Source of the DNA: Candidatus Levybacteria bacterium RIFCSPHIGHO2_01_FULL_37_17
GTDB lineage: Bacteria; Patescibacteriota; Microgenomatia; Levybacterales; UBA12049
Length of the DNA stretch: 64,000 bases
Direction of reading: 5' to 3'
NCBI GenBank assembly: GCA_001782035.1
Contig: MFNL01000002.1
Coordinates: forward strand, 124,865-188,864
Part shown: positions 20,239 through 29,127 of the stretch, piece after piece
Layout: each line of letters opens with the position of its first letter
Position numbering within the stretch: position 1 is the stretch's first letter
Program-made: the position numbers and the translations under genes
The notes under the pieces: model-generated
What the model saw: only the letters and a program-made list of their open reading frames with translations
Told to the model about the DNA's origin: nothing
Database searches by the model: none

Positions 20239-21306
20239 TCAACCAGTCTGTCGCAGAAGCTCTTCCGGTCTTAAAGCGTAAGATTTTGCGGTTTCCAAAC
20301 TTATTGCGCCGGACAAGACTAAAGACGCAAGCGAAGACTCAAGCGTCACCATTCCTTGCTGCTGAGAAGTTTGAATAATTGAATCTATTAAATGAGTTTT
20401 GCCTTCTCTGATGTTTGAAGCAACAGCATTGTTTCCTATTAAAATTTCGACTGCAGGAACTCTTCCGCCATCTATCATGGGGATTAGCCTTTGTGAAACA
20501 ATGCCTTTTAATGTCGAAGCAAGCTGTACTTTAATTTGTGTTTGCTGGCTGGCGGCGAATGAGTCTATTATTCTATCAATCGTTTGGGCTGCAGAGTTTG
20601 TATGAAGTGTAGAAAAAACCAAATGGCCTGTTTCGGCTATGGTAATTGCAGCTGCCATTGTGTCTGGGTCTCGCATTTCTCCGATTAATACAACGTCGGG
20701 GTCTTCTCTTAAAGCGCTTCTTAAAGATAGGTTCCAAGACAGAGTATCAATTTCCATTTCTCGCTGTGAAATTATACTTTTTCCTTTGGGATAGACATAT
20801 TCAATAGGGTCTTCAATCGTTAAAATGTGTGCGGACCGGGTTAGGTTTATTTCATTAATTAAGGCTGCAATTGTTGTCGATTTTCCATGGCCCGTTGGAC
20901 CAGTTACCAAAATAAATCCTTGCTTTAGGGCTGCAAAGTTGTGAGCTGTTTTTGGAATTTTAAGTTCCTCCAGAGTTCTAATAGTTGGCTCAAGAAATCT
21001 AAATGCTCCTGCCAAAACCCCTCTTTGATAATAAAGGTTTGCTCTAAACCTTCCTAAGTCTCCATACGCTCCTCCTCCAAAACCAAATGAGAAGTCAAGT
21101 TCTTTGTTGTGAATTAATAGCTCTTTCTGGTCGGGTTTAAGAATTGAAAAAGCCATTTCTTCAATTTGTTCTTTTGTTAAAGCCGGGTAATTAGTAAGAG
21201 GGTGCAAGACACCATCGATTCTAATAGTAGGAGGAATCCCAGCAAGCAAATGCAAATCAGAAGCTTTGTTTTTAATTGTCTGGTCTAATAACTGTCCTAT
21301 CTCCAT
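20239..21306 (-). CDS. pilT: twitching motility/retraction ATPase PilT
   Basis: Walker A GPTGHGKST and the PilT-specific AxxNIREGK motif (ASNIREGKTHLI). Confidence 0.85.
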   Translation of the reverse strand: MEIGQLLDQTIKNKASDLHLLAGIPPTIRIDGVLHPLTNYPALTKEQIEEMAFSILKPDQKELLIHNKELDFSFGFGGGAYGDLGRFRANLYYQRGVLAGAFRFLEPTIRTLEELKIPKTAHNFAALKQGFILVTGPTGHGKSTTIAALINEINLTRSAHILTIEDPIEYVYPKGKSIISQREMEIDTLSWNLSLRSALREDPDVVLIGEMRDPDTMAAAITIAETGHLVFSTLHTNSAAQTIDRIIDSFAASQQTQIKVQLASTLKGIVSQRLIPMIDGGRVPAVEILIGNNAVASNIREGKTHLIDSIIQTSQQQGMVTLESSLASLVLSGAISLETAKSYALRPEELLRQTG

Positions 21307-21337
21307 AATTCTAAATTCAGAACTCTAAATTATTAAT

Positions 21338-23089
21338 TTATTCCTGTGCTACTCTTAGTACTTCTTCTATTGTGGTTAATCCTTGTAAAACTTTCAAGTA
21401 ACCGTCTTGTTTCATTGTAATCATACCTTCTTCTATCGCTTGTTTTTCTATTGCATTGCTGTCCGCGTGTTGCAAAATTAAACTTCCAATCCTCTCAGAT
21501 ATATTTAACGATTCAAATATTCCGACTCTTCCAATATATCCTGTACCGCCGCACTCATCGCATCCTTTGCCTTTATAAAACTTACTGTTCCTCTCCTTAG
21601 GAAAAAACTTGCCCAAAACTACTTTCATTTCTTCAACCATCGCAGCCGGCGGGTCGTATTCAGTTTTGCAAGTTTGGCAGATTTTCCGAACAATCCTTTG
21701 CGCCAACACCGCATTCATAGTAGAGGCAAGCAAAAATGTTTCAGCTTTTAGGTCCAAAAGGCGGGGAAGTGCTCCTGCAGCAGAAGATGTATGAAGGGTA
21801 GAGAATACTAAATGGCCCGTTAAAGCAGCCTGAATTGCAAGCTCGGTCGTTTCTTGATCTCGAATCTCTCCAACCAATATTATATTTGGGTCTTGTCGCA
21901 AGAACGATCGCAAACCTTCTGCAAAAGTAAGGCCAACTGCGGGATTTACCTGAACTTGGTTAATTCCTGATATTTGATACTCAACCGGGTCTTCAAGCGT
22001 TGAAATATTAACCTTTGTAGTGTTTAGCTTAGAAAGCACCGAATACAACGTTGTTGTTTTACCAGATCCTGTAGGTCCGCATACTATAATAATTCCGTGC
22101 GGCCGCAAGATTGCATTTTCCAAAGTTTTTTTAGTTGTACCAGTTAAACCAAGCTCCTCCAGGGTGGGTATTCCGCCGCTCTTTCTTAAAAGTCTCATTA
22201 CGATTTTTTCACCATGTGTTGTTGGCAAAACGCTTATTCTTAGATCTACTTCTTTATCTTCCACTTTAAAATTAAACCTTCCGTCTTGCGGGCTTCTGTG
22301 CTCGTCAATTTTCATTTCAGATAAAATTTTTATCCTTGAAAGAACTGCTTCCTGAACCGTTTTTGGCAGCGAAAGCCTGTCATACAAAATGCCATCAATT
22401 CTATACCTTACTCTAACTCTGTCTTCCTGGGGCTCTATATGAACATCGGAAGCTCTCGAAGTTACAGCATATTCCAAAATAGTTGATACAATTTTTGCAA
22501 TTGGAGCTTCTTTAATAATTTGAGCAATCTGTTCGGAATCAATTGTTCTTATTGTTTGCAAATCTTCAGTTTCTTTAATGGCTTCGCCAACTTCTCCCAC
22601 TAACTCTTGCCTATATTGTTGTCCTATGACCCTAGTAACATCTGACGGCGTTGCCGCAAAGGATTTGATATTTAAACCGGTTTTCTCCCTTACAAAAGTG
22701 GCTGCTTCCAAATCAACCGGATTTCCCATTGCGATTGAGAGCGATTTATCTTTTTCATCAAAAGAGAAGGGGATTAGGGAAAATCGCTCTGCTACGGCCC
22801 TAGGTACTTTTCCTAAGGCTTCGGGAGAAAAGGAAACGTTGTTAATATCAACAAATGGGATTCCTAAAATTAAAGCTTTTGCCTGATATAATTTATCTTC
22901 GGGTACAATTTCCAAAGACTCAATCATTGTGTCCTCTGAAACACCTTTACTTGCGCTTTTAACTTTTACATCATCATACTGCTGCTTGGTAAGGAATTTT
23001 TGCGCAAACAATATATCAGCAAGTGATTGCGAGGTGAAGGTATTTGAATCTTGAGTTAAATCTGTAGTTACGGCTTGCAAATCGGGCAT
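21338..23089 (-). CDS. pilB: type IV pilus assembly ATPase PilB (GspE family)
   Basis: N-terminal GSPII domain, Walker A GPTGSGKTT, and the tetracysteine motif CQTC...CDECGGTGY. Confidence 0.85.
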   Translation of the reverse strand: MPDLQAVTTDLTQDSNTFTSQSLADILFAQKFLTKQQYDDVKVKSASKGVSEDTMIESLEIVPEDKLYQAKALILGIPFVDINNVSFSPEALGKVPRAVAERFSLIPFSFDEKDKSLSIAMGNPVDLEAATFVREKTGLNIKSFAATPSDVTRVIGQQYRQELVGEVGEAIKETEDLQTIRTIDSEQIAQIIKEAPIAKIVSTILEYAVTSRASDVHIEPQEDRVRVRYRIDGILYDRLSLPKTVQEAVLSRIKILSEMKIDEHRSPQDGRFNFKVEDKEVDLRISVLPTTHGEKIVMRLLRKSGGIPTLEELGLTGTTKKTLENAILRPHGIIIVCGPTGSGKTTTLYSVLSKLNTTKVNISTLEDPVEYQISGINQVQVNPAVGLTFAEGLRSFLRQDPNIILVGEIRDQETTELAIQAALTGHLVFSTLHTSSAAGALPRLLDLKAETFLLASTMNAVLAQRIVRKICQTCKTEYDPPAAMVEEMKVVLGKFFPKERNSKFYKGKGCDECGGTGYIGRVGIFESLNISERIGSLILQHADSNAIEKQAIEEGMITMKQDGYLKVLQGLTTIEEVLRVAQE

Positions 23090-23130
23090 TACTATTATAG
23101 TAGGGGAATTTTAGATATAATGTCAACATT

Positions 23131-24063
23131 ATGGAAGTCAAAGAAGCGGCCGAAAATCAACCTTCAAATCCATACTTTGAAGTTCTTGCATCGGGAAATT
23201 TTAGCAAAGAGCAAGTCAATGCAAAATTAGTTCCACCTCCACATAAACCCGTAGAGCTTGTTACTGAAACTGAAAGAGTGTGGGAAGAAAAAAATAAACA
23301 AAGGATAGAAAATGGCAAACCACCAATGACAGATAATTCTCAACTGGCTATAAAAACTGTAACAGTAATAGATGGACAATTAGAAATTGATACTTACCCG
23401 GCAAAATATAGTGATTTAATTGCGATGCAAGACGCGTCTGTAAAAGCTAGATTTGGAGAATACGCTCCGCAGATTTTAGGAACAAATGTACTTACAAAAA
23501 CTGCAGACGGAAAGCTGATTATCGCGCAACGTGGTTTTAATGTTGCTACAAAACCAGGAGCCATGAGCGCCCCGGGCGGATACCCAAACCTATCGACTGA
23601 TTTAAGTGCTGAAGACGCTTGGGCTCCGTTTTCAACAGTAGGAAGAGAACTTAAAGAAGAAACCGGAATAGATGAAAGTGAACTTAAAAATGTAAACGCT
23701 GCAGGAATAATCTTTAACAAAACTGTAGGAAACCCTAGTATGATTTTTTTTGCAGAAACTGCACTTACTGCTGCGGAAATTGAAAAAAGAACTACTGATA
23801 AGGAAATAAATGTAAAGATTCTTCCCGATACCAAAGAAGATTTAGAGCATGCAATTCTTTGGTGGGCGTTTTCACCTAGTCCGAGTGGCGCATCTGCGCT
23901 TGCTTTATATGGAAAGCAGAAATATGGAGATGAATGGTTTAATTGGATTAACGAAAGGCTGACAAGAAGAGATATCGTTTATACGAGCATGGATGAGCAA
24001 CAATTGGCAAAGTTAAATAAAAGGGCGGCGGATAGGCTTACCAAACTTGTAGATAAAAGTTAG
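23131..24063 (+). CDS. NUDIX hydrolase family protein
   Basis: Nudix box core GRELKEETGI. Confidence 0.55.
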   Translation: MEVKEAAENQPSNPYFEVLASGNFSKEQVNAKLVPPPHKPVELVTETERVWEEKNKQRIENGKPPMTDNSQLAIKTVTVIDGQLEIDTYPAKYSDLIAMQDASVKARFGEYAPQILGTNVLTKTADGKLIIAQRGFNVATKPGAMSAPGGYPNLSTDLSAEDAWAPFSTVGRELKEETGIDESELKNVNAAGIIFNKTVGNPSMIFFAETALTAAEIEKRTTDKEINVKILPDTKEDLEHAILWWAFSPSPSGASALALYGKQKYGDEWFNWINERLTRRDIVYTSMDEQQLAKLNKRAADRLTKLVDKS

Positions 24064-24708
24064 ATGCAGAGTTTTTTAATAATTTCTAAAGATAAACAAA
24101 AAGCAAAGGACTACGTACTAGATTTTGCAAAAGAGAAAAAAATTTCAAAATTTGATATCTATACGCTGCAAACAGAAAAAGCTCTAGGAATTGAAGATGT
24201 AAAAAACCTTTTCTCCAAAATATTTTTAAAACCAATAAAAGGCGATAAGAAAATAGTTGTGGTAGAGGCCTTTTTGGGGGCAACAGTCGAGGCTCAAAAC
24301 GCATTTTTAAAAGTTTTAGAAGAGCCGCCATTTTCTACTTTTATTTTTTTACTAGCTTCTGAGAATTATTTTCTCTCCACAATAAATTCAAGGACGAAAC
24401 TGGTGCAATTAGATAGAGAAATAAAATTTACAGAGGAAGATGAAAAATTATGTTCTGAAATTGTTGAAAACTTAAAAAGCGAAACTATTGGATATAGATT
24501 AAAGCTGGCACAGGATATGGCAGGCGATAAAAACGAAGCAATACTCTTTTTAGAGAAATTTATAGTTTTTGCAAGAAACAACATGGTTAAAGAGCTATCA
24601 AGCGAATATAAAAAGAAAATTGACGTTTTAAATAAATACTACAAAAAAATAAAGGAATCTAATGTAAACTTGCGCCTTGCTTTGGAAAATTTATTCCTAG
24701 AACTTTAG
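24064..24708 (+). CDS. holB: DNA polymerase III delta-prime subunit-like (short)
   Basis: AQNAFLKVLEEPP, the clamp-loader sensor-1/NALLKTLEEPP-type motif. Confidence 0.6.
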   Translation: MQSFLIISKDKQKAKDYVLDFAKEKKISKFDIYTLQTEKALGIEDVKNLFSKIFLKPIKGDKKIVVVEAFLGATVEAQNAFLKVLEEPPFSTFIFLLASENYFLSTINSRTKLVQLDREIKFTEEDEKLCSEIVENLKSETIGYRLKLAQDMAGDKNEAILFLEKFIVFARNNMVKELSSEYKKKIDVLNKYYKKIKESNVNLRLALENLFLEL

Positions 24709-24755
24709 TTTTCCACAATTTGATATAATACCAACTTGTGGAAAGAGACAGACTG

Positions 24756-24771
24756 TTTGGTTTAAGAGCTG
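24756..24771 (+). repeat. degenerate sixth copy of island motif (TTTGGTTTAAGAGCTG)
   Basis: Matches the 3' half of copy 5 (TTTGGTTTTGAGCTG) plus a following AT-rich stretch. Lacks the CGAAAA 5' part. Confidence 0.4.
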
Positions 24772-24971
24772 ATAATAAAATTGAATGGCATTTAAACCCC
24801 CAAAAAACTACACGAAAGCAAATACAGATTTGTTGCAAACGATAACCCAATACTGGACAAAATTTACAGATTAAAAATGGAAGATGCTCTTTGGGGTCCG
24901 TTAAGTCGTATGCCGCTACCAAGGCCAGAGCGTCTTTTTAGTATTCGTCACGCCTCGCAGAAAAGGTAGGC

Positions 24972-25757
24972 TTATTGAAGCCGTTTTTTATAGTCATCCT
25001 GCTCAAATCTTCCGAAAGGCTGACTCGTTAAATGAGCAAGCATTTCTTCTTCTCTTATGTCTTTAGCTTGCAAAAGTCCGATATTATGCCTTGCTATATC
25101 GTGAATTCTGTCCGGGCTCTCCCCCTCCAGACAATAGTAATCCGTGCCTAAATAAACAGACATAAATAGTGCTTCAAATGCATCTGCTTTCATTTCTTCA
25201 AAGACTGGATCTTTTAGATGCTCGCCCAACGTGTGTCCATGCTCATGAGCGAGAACAGATATTACATCTTCTTCTGTTGTATTTTCTTCTTGTCCTCTAA
25301 AACCTAACCTTATTCTAAACATGCCCCCAGAACGTCTCTTACAATCTCCAATTATAGTTCTGAAAATGTCTTTGCCGTATCTTGCCATCATAAATTCTCT
25401 TTCCAAAGGATTTTTTGGCATCAACTCACGCTGATCAACAAATAGTACCTGTCTACCTGCAGTTGGAAGATATACACCGCTTTCATGGCTTATTAGGGAG
25501 AGAACGTCTCTGTAATCTGCCATCACTCTTCTTCTGCTCCAACCTAACTCTTCTACATGATCATCTTCTGCTTCTTGAAGCCCAGTAATATCTGTTATTC
25601 TTTCAAAGACTACAACAGGCAAATGTTCTAAATTTATGGGATCAGGGTTGTCAACGGGAATTAGCTCTGGGGATTTAACAGGGGAGGGTGCACTAAACTG
25701 TACCTCTGGAAAAAAGACTTGGGTTGGTCTTAACATTTCAGTTCTCTCAACTCTCAC
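24972..25757 (-). CDS. ImmA/IrrE-family-like zinc metallopeptidase (HExxH)
   Basis: LAHEHGHTLGEHL matches the AHELGHxxxH zinc-binding motif of COG2856-type peptidases. GC elevated relative to flanks. Confidence 0.5.
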   Translation of the reverse strand: MRVERTEMLRPTQVFFPEVQFSAPSPVKSPELIPVDNPDPINLEHLPVVVFERITDITGLQEAEDDHVEELGWSRRRVMADYRDVLSLISHESGVYLPTAGRQVLFVDQRELMPKNPLEREFMMARYGKDIFRTIIGDCKRRSGGMFRIRLGFRGQEENTTEEDVISVLAHEHGHTLGEHLKDPVFEEMKADAFEALFMSVYLGTDYYCLEGESPDRIHDIARHNIGLLQAKDIREEEMLAHLTSQPFGRFEQDDYKKRLQ

Positions 25758-25815
25758 AATGGGGGATTATAGCATAAATTGCAGCTTTGAAAACATATGA
25801 TATAATCGCATCAAT

Positions 25816-26121
25816 ATGGCAGCAGGAGTAGAAACAACAATTGCAAAACCACCAAAGTTGTCCCACTCACAGAAAATTTTGGAAGCAATCGATTTACTGG
25901 CTGCGGATGGGATAAGAGGCGCAACCCCAGATCAAATAATAGAAAGGGCAAAAAGGAAGCATCCTTCAAGACTCAATATCATTTTTCAACCATGGTGGGA
26001 TAATGCGTTTAGCAAATTGGAGGCTTCGGGAGAAATTCACGGCATACGAAATCCTGTATATACCCAAGACTCACCGTCCAATAGGCTTTATCAAAGACCC
26101 CTAAAAGAAAAAACTCGATAA
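25816..26121 (+). CDS. small putative winged-helix DNA-binding protein
   Basis: SHSQKILEAIDLLAADGIRGATPDQIIERAKRKHP resembles linker-histone/winged-helix globular domains. Divergent from the peptidase gene. Confidence 0.3.
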   Translation: MAAGVETTIAKPPKLSHSQKILEAIDLLAADGIRGATPDQIIERAKRKHPSRLNIIFQPWWDNAFSKLEASGEIHGIRNPVYTQDSPSNRLYQRPLKEKTR

Positions 26122-26137
26122 ATTTGGTTTGAAGAAG

Positions 26138-26614
26138 TTAATCCCAGCTTAGAGGATGTTCTGAATCTAATTGTCCAGCGTGGCGAATAAGGGAATTTAA
26201 TTCCGATCCAGCAATCCTATGATGACGAGAATAAATATGTCCTAGTTTATCCCAAAACTCTTTTTTTTCTGCGTCCGTTTCAACCTGGCCACTATGTTTA
26301 CCCCTAAAAGTTCCGAAATACCAGTCTACTCTTGTTCTGTTGTTAGCACGTCTGTGATCTTCGATTATTATAATATTTAGTGCGCCTTCTTTTGAATATC
26401 TATCAATTTGCGTCATATAAACAGTCGCCGGCATATCCGATCTTCCAGTGTCTAAGCCTAAAGAAGGCTCCCAATAATTGAATAGCGCGTCTTGAATTGT
26501 TTCCCAAGGAACAAAAGTGGCAAATGAAGATGGGCCCTTTCGGTTAAATTCTCGGCTTCTGGGCAGGTGAGCTGGTTTGTTTTCAACTCCCATTAGCGGA
26601 GTATAAAACCACAA
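26138..26614 (-). CDS. hypothetical protein
   Basis: 158-aa ORF in the GC-elevated island. Consensus minus-strand promoter (TTGACA-17-TATACT) 6 nt upstream of the ATG. Confidence 0.5.
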   Translation of the reverse strand: MWFYTPLMGVENKPAHLPRSREFNRKGPSSFATFVPWETIQDALFNYWEPSLGLDTGRSDMPATVYMTQIDRYSKEGALNIIIIEDHRRANNRTRVDWYFGTFRGKHSGQVETDAEKKEFWDKLGHIYSRHHRIAGSELNSLIRHAGQLDSEHPLSWD

Positions 26615-26630
26615 ACCAAAATTGTCAACC

Positions 26631-26646
26631 GAAAATTTGGTTTTGA
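26631..26646 (+). repeat. island motif copy 1 (GAAAATTTGGTTTTGA)
   Basis: Exact 16-mer between back-to-back -35 boxes (minus-strand TTGACA at 26623-26628, plus-strand TTGACT at 26649-26654). Confidence 0.8.
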
Positions 26647-26648
26647 AC

Positions 26649-26676
26649 TTGACTTTGCGAGCAGAAAAAGTATAAT
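26649..26676 (+). promoter_or_regulatory. sigma70-type promoter TTGACT-16-TATAAT
   Basis: Consensus hexamers with 16-nt spacer, read directly. Confidence 0.6.
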
Positions 26677-26774
26677 AAAATCATGAAAATAGAATTTTTT
26701 AAATTAGTAAGAAGAAACACCTCCCTCGTAGGCGGTGTGCTTTCTTTTGCGTAAAAAATAAATAAATTAGGAGC

Positions 26775-26799
26775 AACCGCCGAAGAGGCGGTTTTTTTG
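26775..26799 (+). terminator. intrinsic terminator (ACCGCC-GAAGA-GGCGGT + T7)
   Basis: GC-rich 6-bp stem followed by TTTTTTT, about 100 nt downstream of the promoter at 26649. Confidence 0.6.
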
Positions 26800-26829
26800 T
26801 GGCAAAATGCCGAAAGGAGGTGAGAAATT

Positions 26830-27156
26830 ATGACAGAAAAATTAAAACCAGCATATGAACAATTTCATATGTTAGAGGAACCTATAAAAGGAGTCCTAGT
26901 TTATCATGGAGAAAACTCTATTCCAATTGTTGGTACACTTATGGGATATGAGCATCACGAATATGCACGTTTTGCATTCAATACCCCAATCCTTGAGGAC
27001 ACTATTCACAAGGTCTCAGAGAGCACAAGGATGGGAGAAATTTACGTGCCATATTCGGTATATGCAAGAGCTCTTCGAGAGCTAGAGAGATATGGGCTCG
27101 GACAAAATCTTCAAAAAGAAGTAGGCGGAGCAAAAAATAGCAACCCTACTTCTTAA
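26830..27156 (+). CDS. hypothetical protein
   Basis: 108-aa ORF with strong RBS AAAGGAGGTGAG. Followed by a hairpin terminator. Confidence 0.55.
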   Translation: MTEKLKPAYEQFHMLEEPIKGVLVYHGENSIPIVGTLMGYEHHEYARFAFNTPILEDTIHKVSESTRMGEIYVPYSVYARALRELERYGLGQNLQKEVGGAKNSNPTS

Positions 27157-27160
27157 AACT

Positions 27161-27183
27161 AAAACCCCCGTTGCGGGGGTTTT
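27161..27183 (+). terminator. bidirectional intrinsic terminator AAAACCCCCG-TTG-CGGGGGTTTT
   Basis: Perfect 6-bp GC stem flanked by an A-run and a T-run. Confidence 0.7.
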
Positions 27184-27210
27184 AGTTTGGATAAGCCTCG
27201 AAATAACCCC

Positions 27211-27226
27211 GAAAATTTGGTTTTAG
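27211..27226 (+). repeat. island motif copy 2 (GAAAATTTGGTTTTAG)
   Basis: 14/16 identity. Preceded by AAATAACCCC. Confidence 0.8.
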
Positions 27227-27234
27227 GATACATG

Positions 27235-27262
27235 TTGACATTTATTTAGTTAGTTATATAAT
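27235..27262 (+). promoter_or_regulatory. consensus promoter TTGACA-16-TATAAT, 6 nt upstream of ATG (leaderless arrangement)
   Basis: Read directly. ATG at 27269. Confidence 0.65.
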
Positions 27263-27268
27263 CCCATT

Positions 27269-27502
27269 ATGGCGCAACAAGGAGAAAGAGGAATCTTCCC
27301 ACCAATAGATGAGCTCATGAAACAGGTTAGGGCAGAAGAAGCGAGAGAGCCGTATCGCGGACATGATATGCCACAAAGAGAAATAACATGTACTCCAGGA
27401 CAATCAGCTGAAATGACTCCGGGATTACTTCGCCTTGCCAAAAAGTGGGGGGATCAACTTAGACAGCCTAAACCTCGAAAAAAAACACAACCAAGAAGAT
27501 AA
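27269..27502 (+). CDS. hypothetical small protein
   Basis: 77-aa ORF, about 46% GC, with a leaderless-type promoter. Confidence 0.45.
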   Translation: MAQQGERGIFPPIDELMKQVRAEEAREPYRGHDMPQREITCTPGQSAEMTPGLLRLAKKWGDQLRQPKPRKKTQPRR

Positions 27503-27506
27503 CCCA

Positions 27507-27522
27507 GAAAATTTGGTTTTGA
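27507..27522 (+). repeat. island motif copy 3
   Basis: Exact 16-mer preceded by AGATAACCCA. Lies 5 nt after the upstream stop codon. Confidence 0.8.
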
Positions 27523-27554
27523 AAATATATTTTATTTAAGCTACATTTATATTA

Positions 27555-28874
27555 ATGACTGTAGACAGAAAAGAGGGTCCTGCAGGTACCACCACGCTCA
27601 AACAACTTGAATCTGATAGGCGCAAAATAGATATTAAAGTTAATTCAGGAAGAATACGCACTCTGGAAGGAAAAATTTTGCGTGGAACTGCCCGTCCTGA
27701 TCAAATATTTGAATGGTATTTAGTACAGGATCCTTTTGTAGAACAGCCTGCATTGAAAGTTTTGAACGGGGATATATCTTCGGTGCTTAATTTTCCTATC
27801 GAGATGACTCAGAAATCTTACGCCTATGGAAAAGCAGCAGATATTTTATTAGCAGCTTGCGGCGTAGAACCGGAAACAATGGATGACTTCAAACAAAAAC
27901 TACTTACAGAGCAACCAATAGATTTTTATAGAAACCTTTTTTTAGCAGCAGAATTAATGTGGGAATCCAGCGGAAATCTAAGATTGGCCGAACCACTACT
28001 TCAACAAATGGGTATAAATACTATATTTAATAATGATCCCGTATTTAACAACACAAGAGGGCGGCAAGAGCTTTTAGGACAGACGTCTCATGTAATATTT
28101 GATGCAATAGGAAATTCGATATTGCAAAATGATCAAATAAAAGATCCTGAAACCCTAATGATTGGGCTGGACGCCCACTGGAAACTTCTAGCGGACTTAA
28201 TGCAAGGACGAGAAGGCGATGAAGTAAGCATACAAAAAATATTAAAAAAGAAATTACTTCAAAGTATGATATCTGATCTTAGAACTGTGTTTTTAACAGA
28301 TAGAAGTCCACTAAAAAACAAAGATGTTCCAAAATCTTTATTAAAAGGCAAGCTTATGGAATACGTATGGCTTTTAGATTCTCATGTTTTTTTAGCTGCT
28401 GAAGAAGATTTTATAACCATGGTTTTTCCTACTAATTATTATGTTGATATGCCACACTTGGGCCATCCCGTTCTAAAAAGAGGAGCTGATATCCAAATAA
28501 GAAATATTGACAGAAGTATAGATTATTACGTACAACTTAAGTCTTCGCACGCTCAAAGTGGCAGGCCATATCATCCTGCAATTACTGTTGTATGTGAAGA
28601 CAACTTCCAAGATATAAATCCTGGAAGATTATTCAAAAAACTTGAAGCTTACCAAAAATTTGTAGACTCAGATTTTTCAACAGAAGATGGAAACGCAGCT
28701 AGAAAATACATTCTTCCATCGGTAGCTGAAACTCTAAACTTAAGGGAGACAAACAAGCATATAGTGGCGGAACTTGCGAAAATTCATGGAATTCCAAGAA
28801 ATGAACAATTATCAGAATTTACTTATAGACGTTTTATGGATTTTGTTAGTCCGCGAAGAAGGACATTAAAATAA
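27555..28874 (+). CDS. hypothetical protein (439 aa)
   Basis: Long ORF without recognisable family motifs. The segment GADIQIRNIDRSIDYYVQLK is weakly reminiscent of a PD-(D/E)xK nuclease core. Confidence 0.55.
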   Translation: MTVDRKEGPAGTTTLKQLESDRRKIDIKVNSGRIRTLEGKILRGTARPDQIFEWYLVQDPFVEQPALKVLNGDISSVLNFPIEMTQKSYAYGKAADILLAACGVEPETMDDFKQKLLTEQPIDFYRNLFLAAELMWESSGNLRLAEPLLQQMGINTIFNNDPVFNNTRGRQELLGQTSHVIFDAIGNSILQNDQIKDPETLMIGLDAHWKLLADLMQGREGDEVSIQKILKKKLLQSMISDLRTVFLTDRSPLKNKDVPKSLLKGKLMEYVWLLDSHVFLAAEEDFITMVFPTNYYVDMPHLGHPVLKRGADIQIRNIDRSIDYYVQLKSSHAQSGRPYHPAITVVCEDNFQDINPGRLFKKLEAYQKFVDSDFSTEDGNAARKYILPSVAETLNLRETNKHIVAELAKIHGIPRNEQLSEFTYRRFMDFVSPRRRTLK

Positions 28875-28878
28875 CCGC

Positions 28879-28894
28879 GAAAATTTGGTTTTGA
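28879..28894 (+). repeat. island motif copy 4
   Basis: Exact 16-mer preceded by AAATAACCGC. Lies 4 nt after the stop of the 439-aa ORF, in a convergent gap. Confidence 0.8.
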
Positions 28895-28899
28895 AATTC

Positions 28900-29088
28900 T
28901 TATGCAGAAGTTCTGTGCGGTCGTAATCCTGCTTTTCTTTGCCTGTGATATTCGCTGGCTGTGATTCCTTCTCCTCGATCAACAGCGTCAATTTGTCCTT
29001 GAACCATTTTGCCAAATGCTTCTTTTCCACCGGCAGATCGATATAAAGCTGAAAGAACCCTTCCCTGTACGCTTCTTTCTACTGGCAT
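28900..29088 (-). CDS. hypothetical small protein (62 aa, Gly/Arg/Lys-rich)
   Basis: GC-rich (about 52%) ORF with its own minus-strand TTGACT-16-TATTAT promoter abutting motif copy 5. Confidence 0.35.
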   Translation of the reverse strand: MPVERSVQGRVLSALYRSAGGKEAFGKMVQGQIDAVDRGEGITASEYHRQRKAGLRPHRTSA

Positions 29089-29127
29089 AATAAGTCAATA
29101 ATACTACTTAAATGCTAAAAGTCAAGC

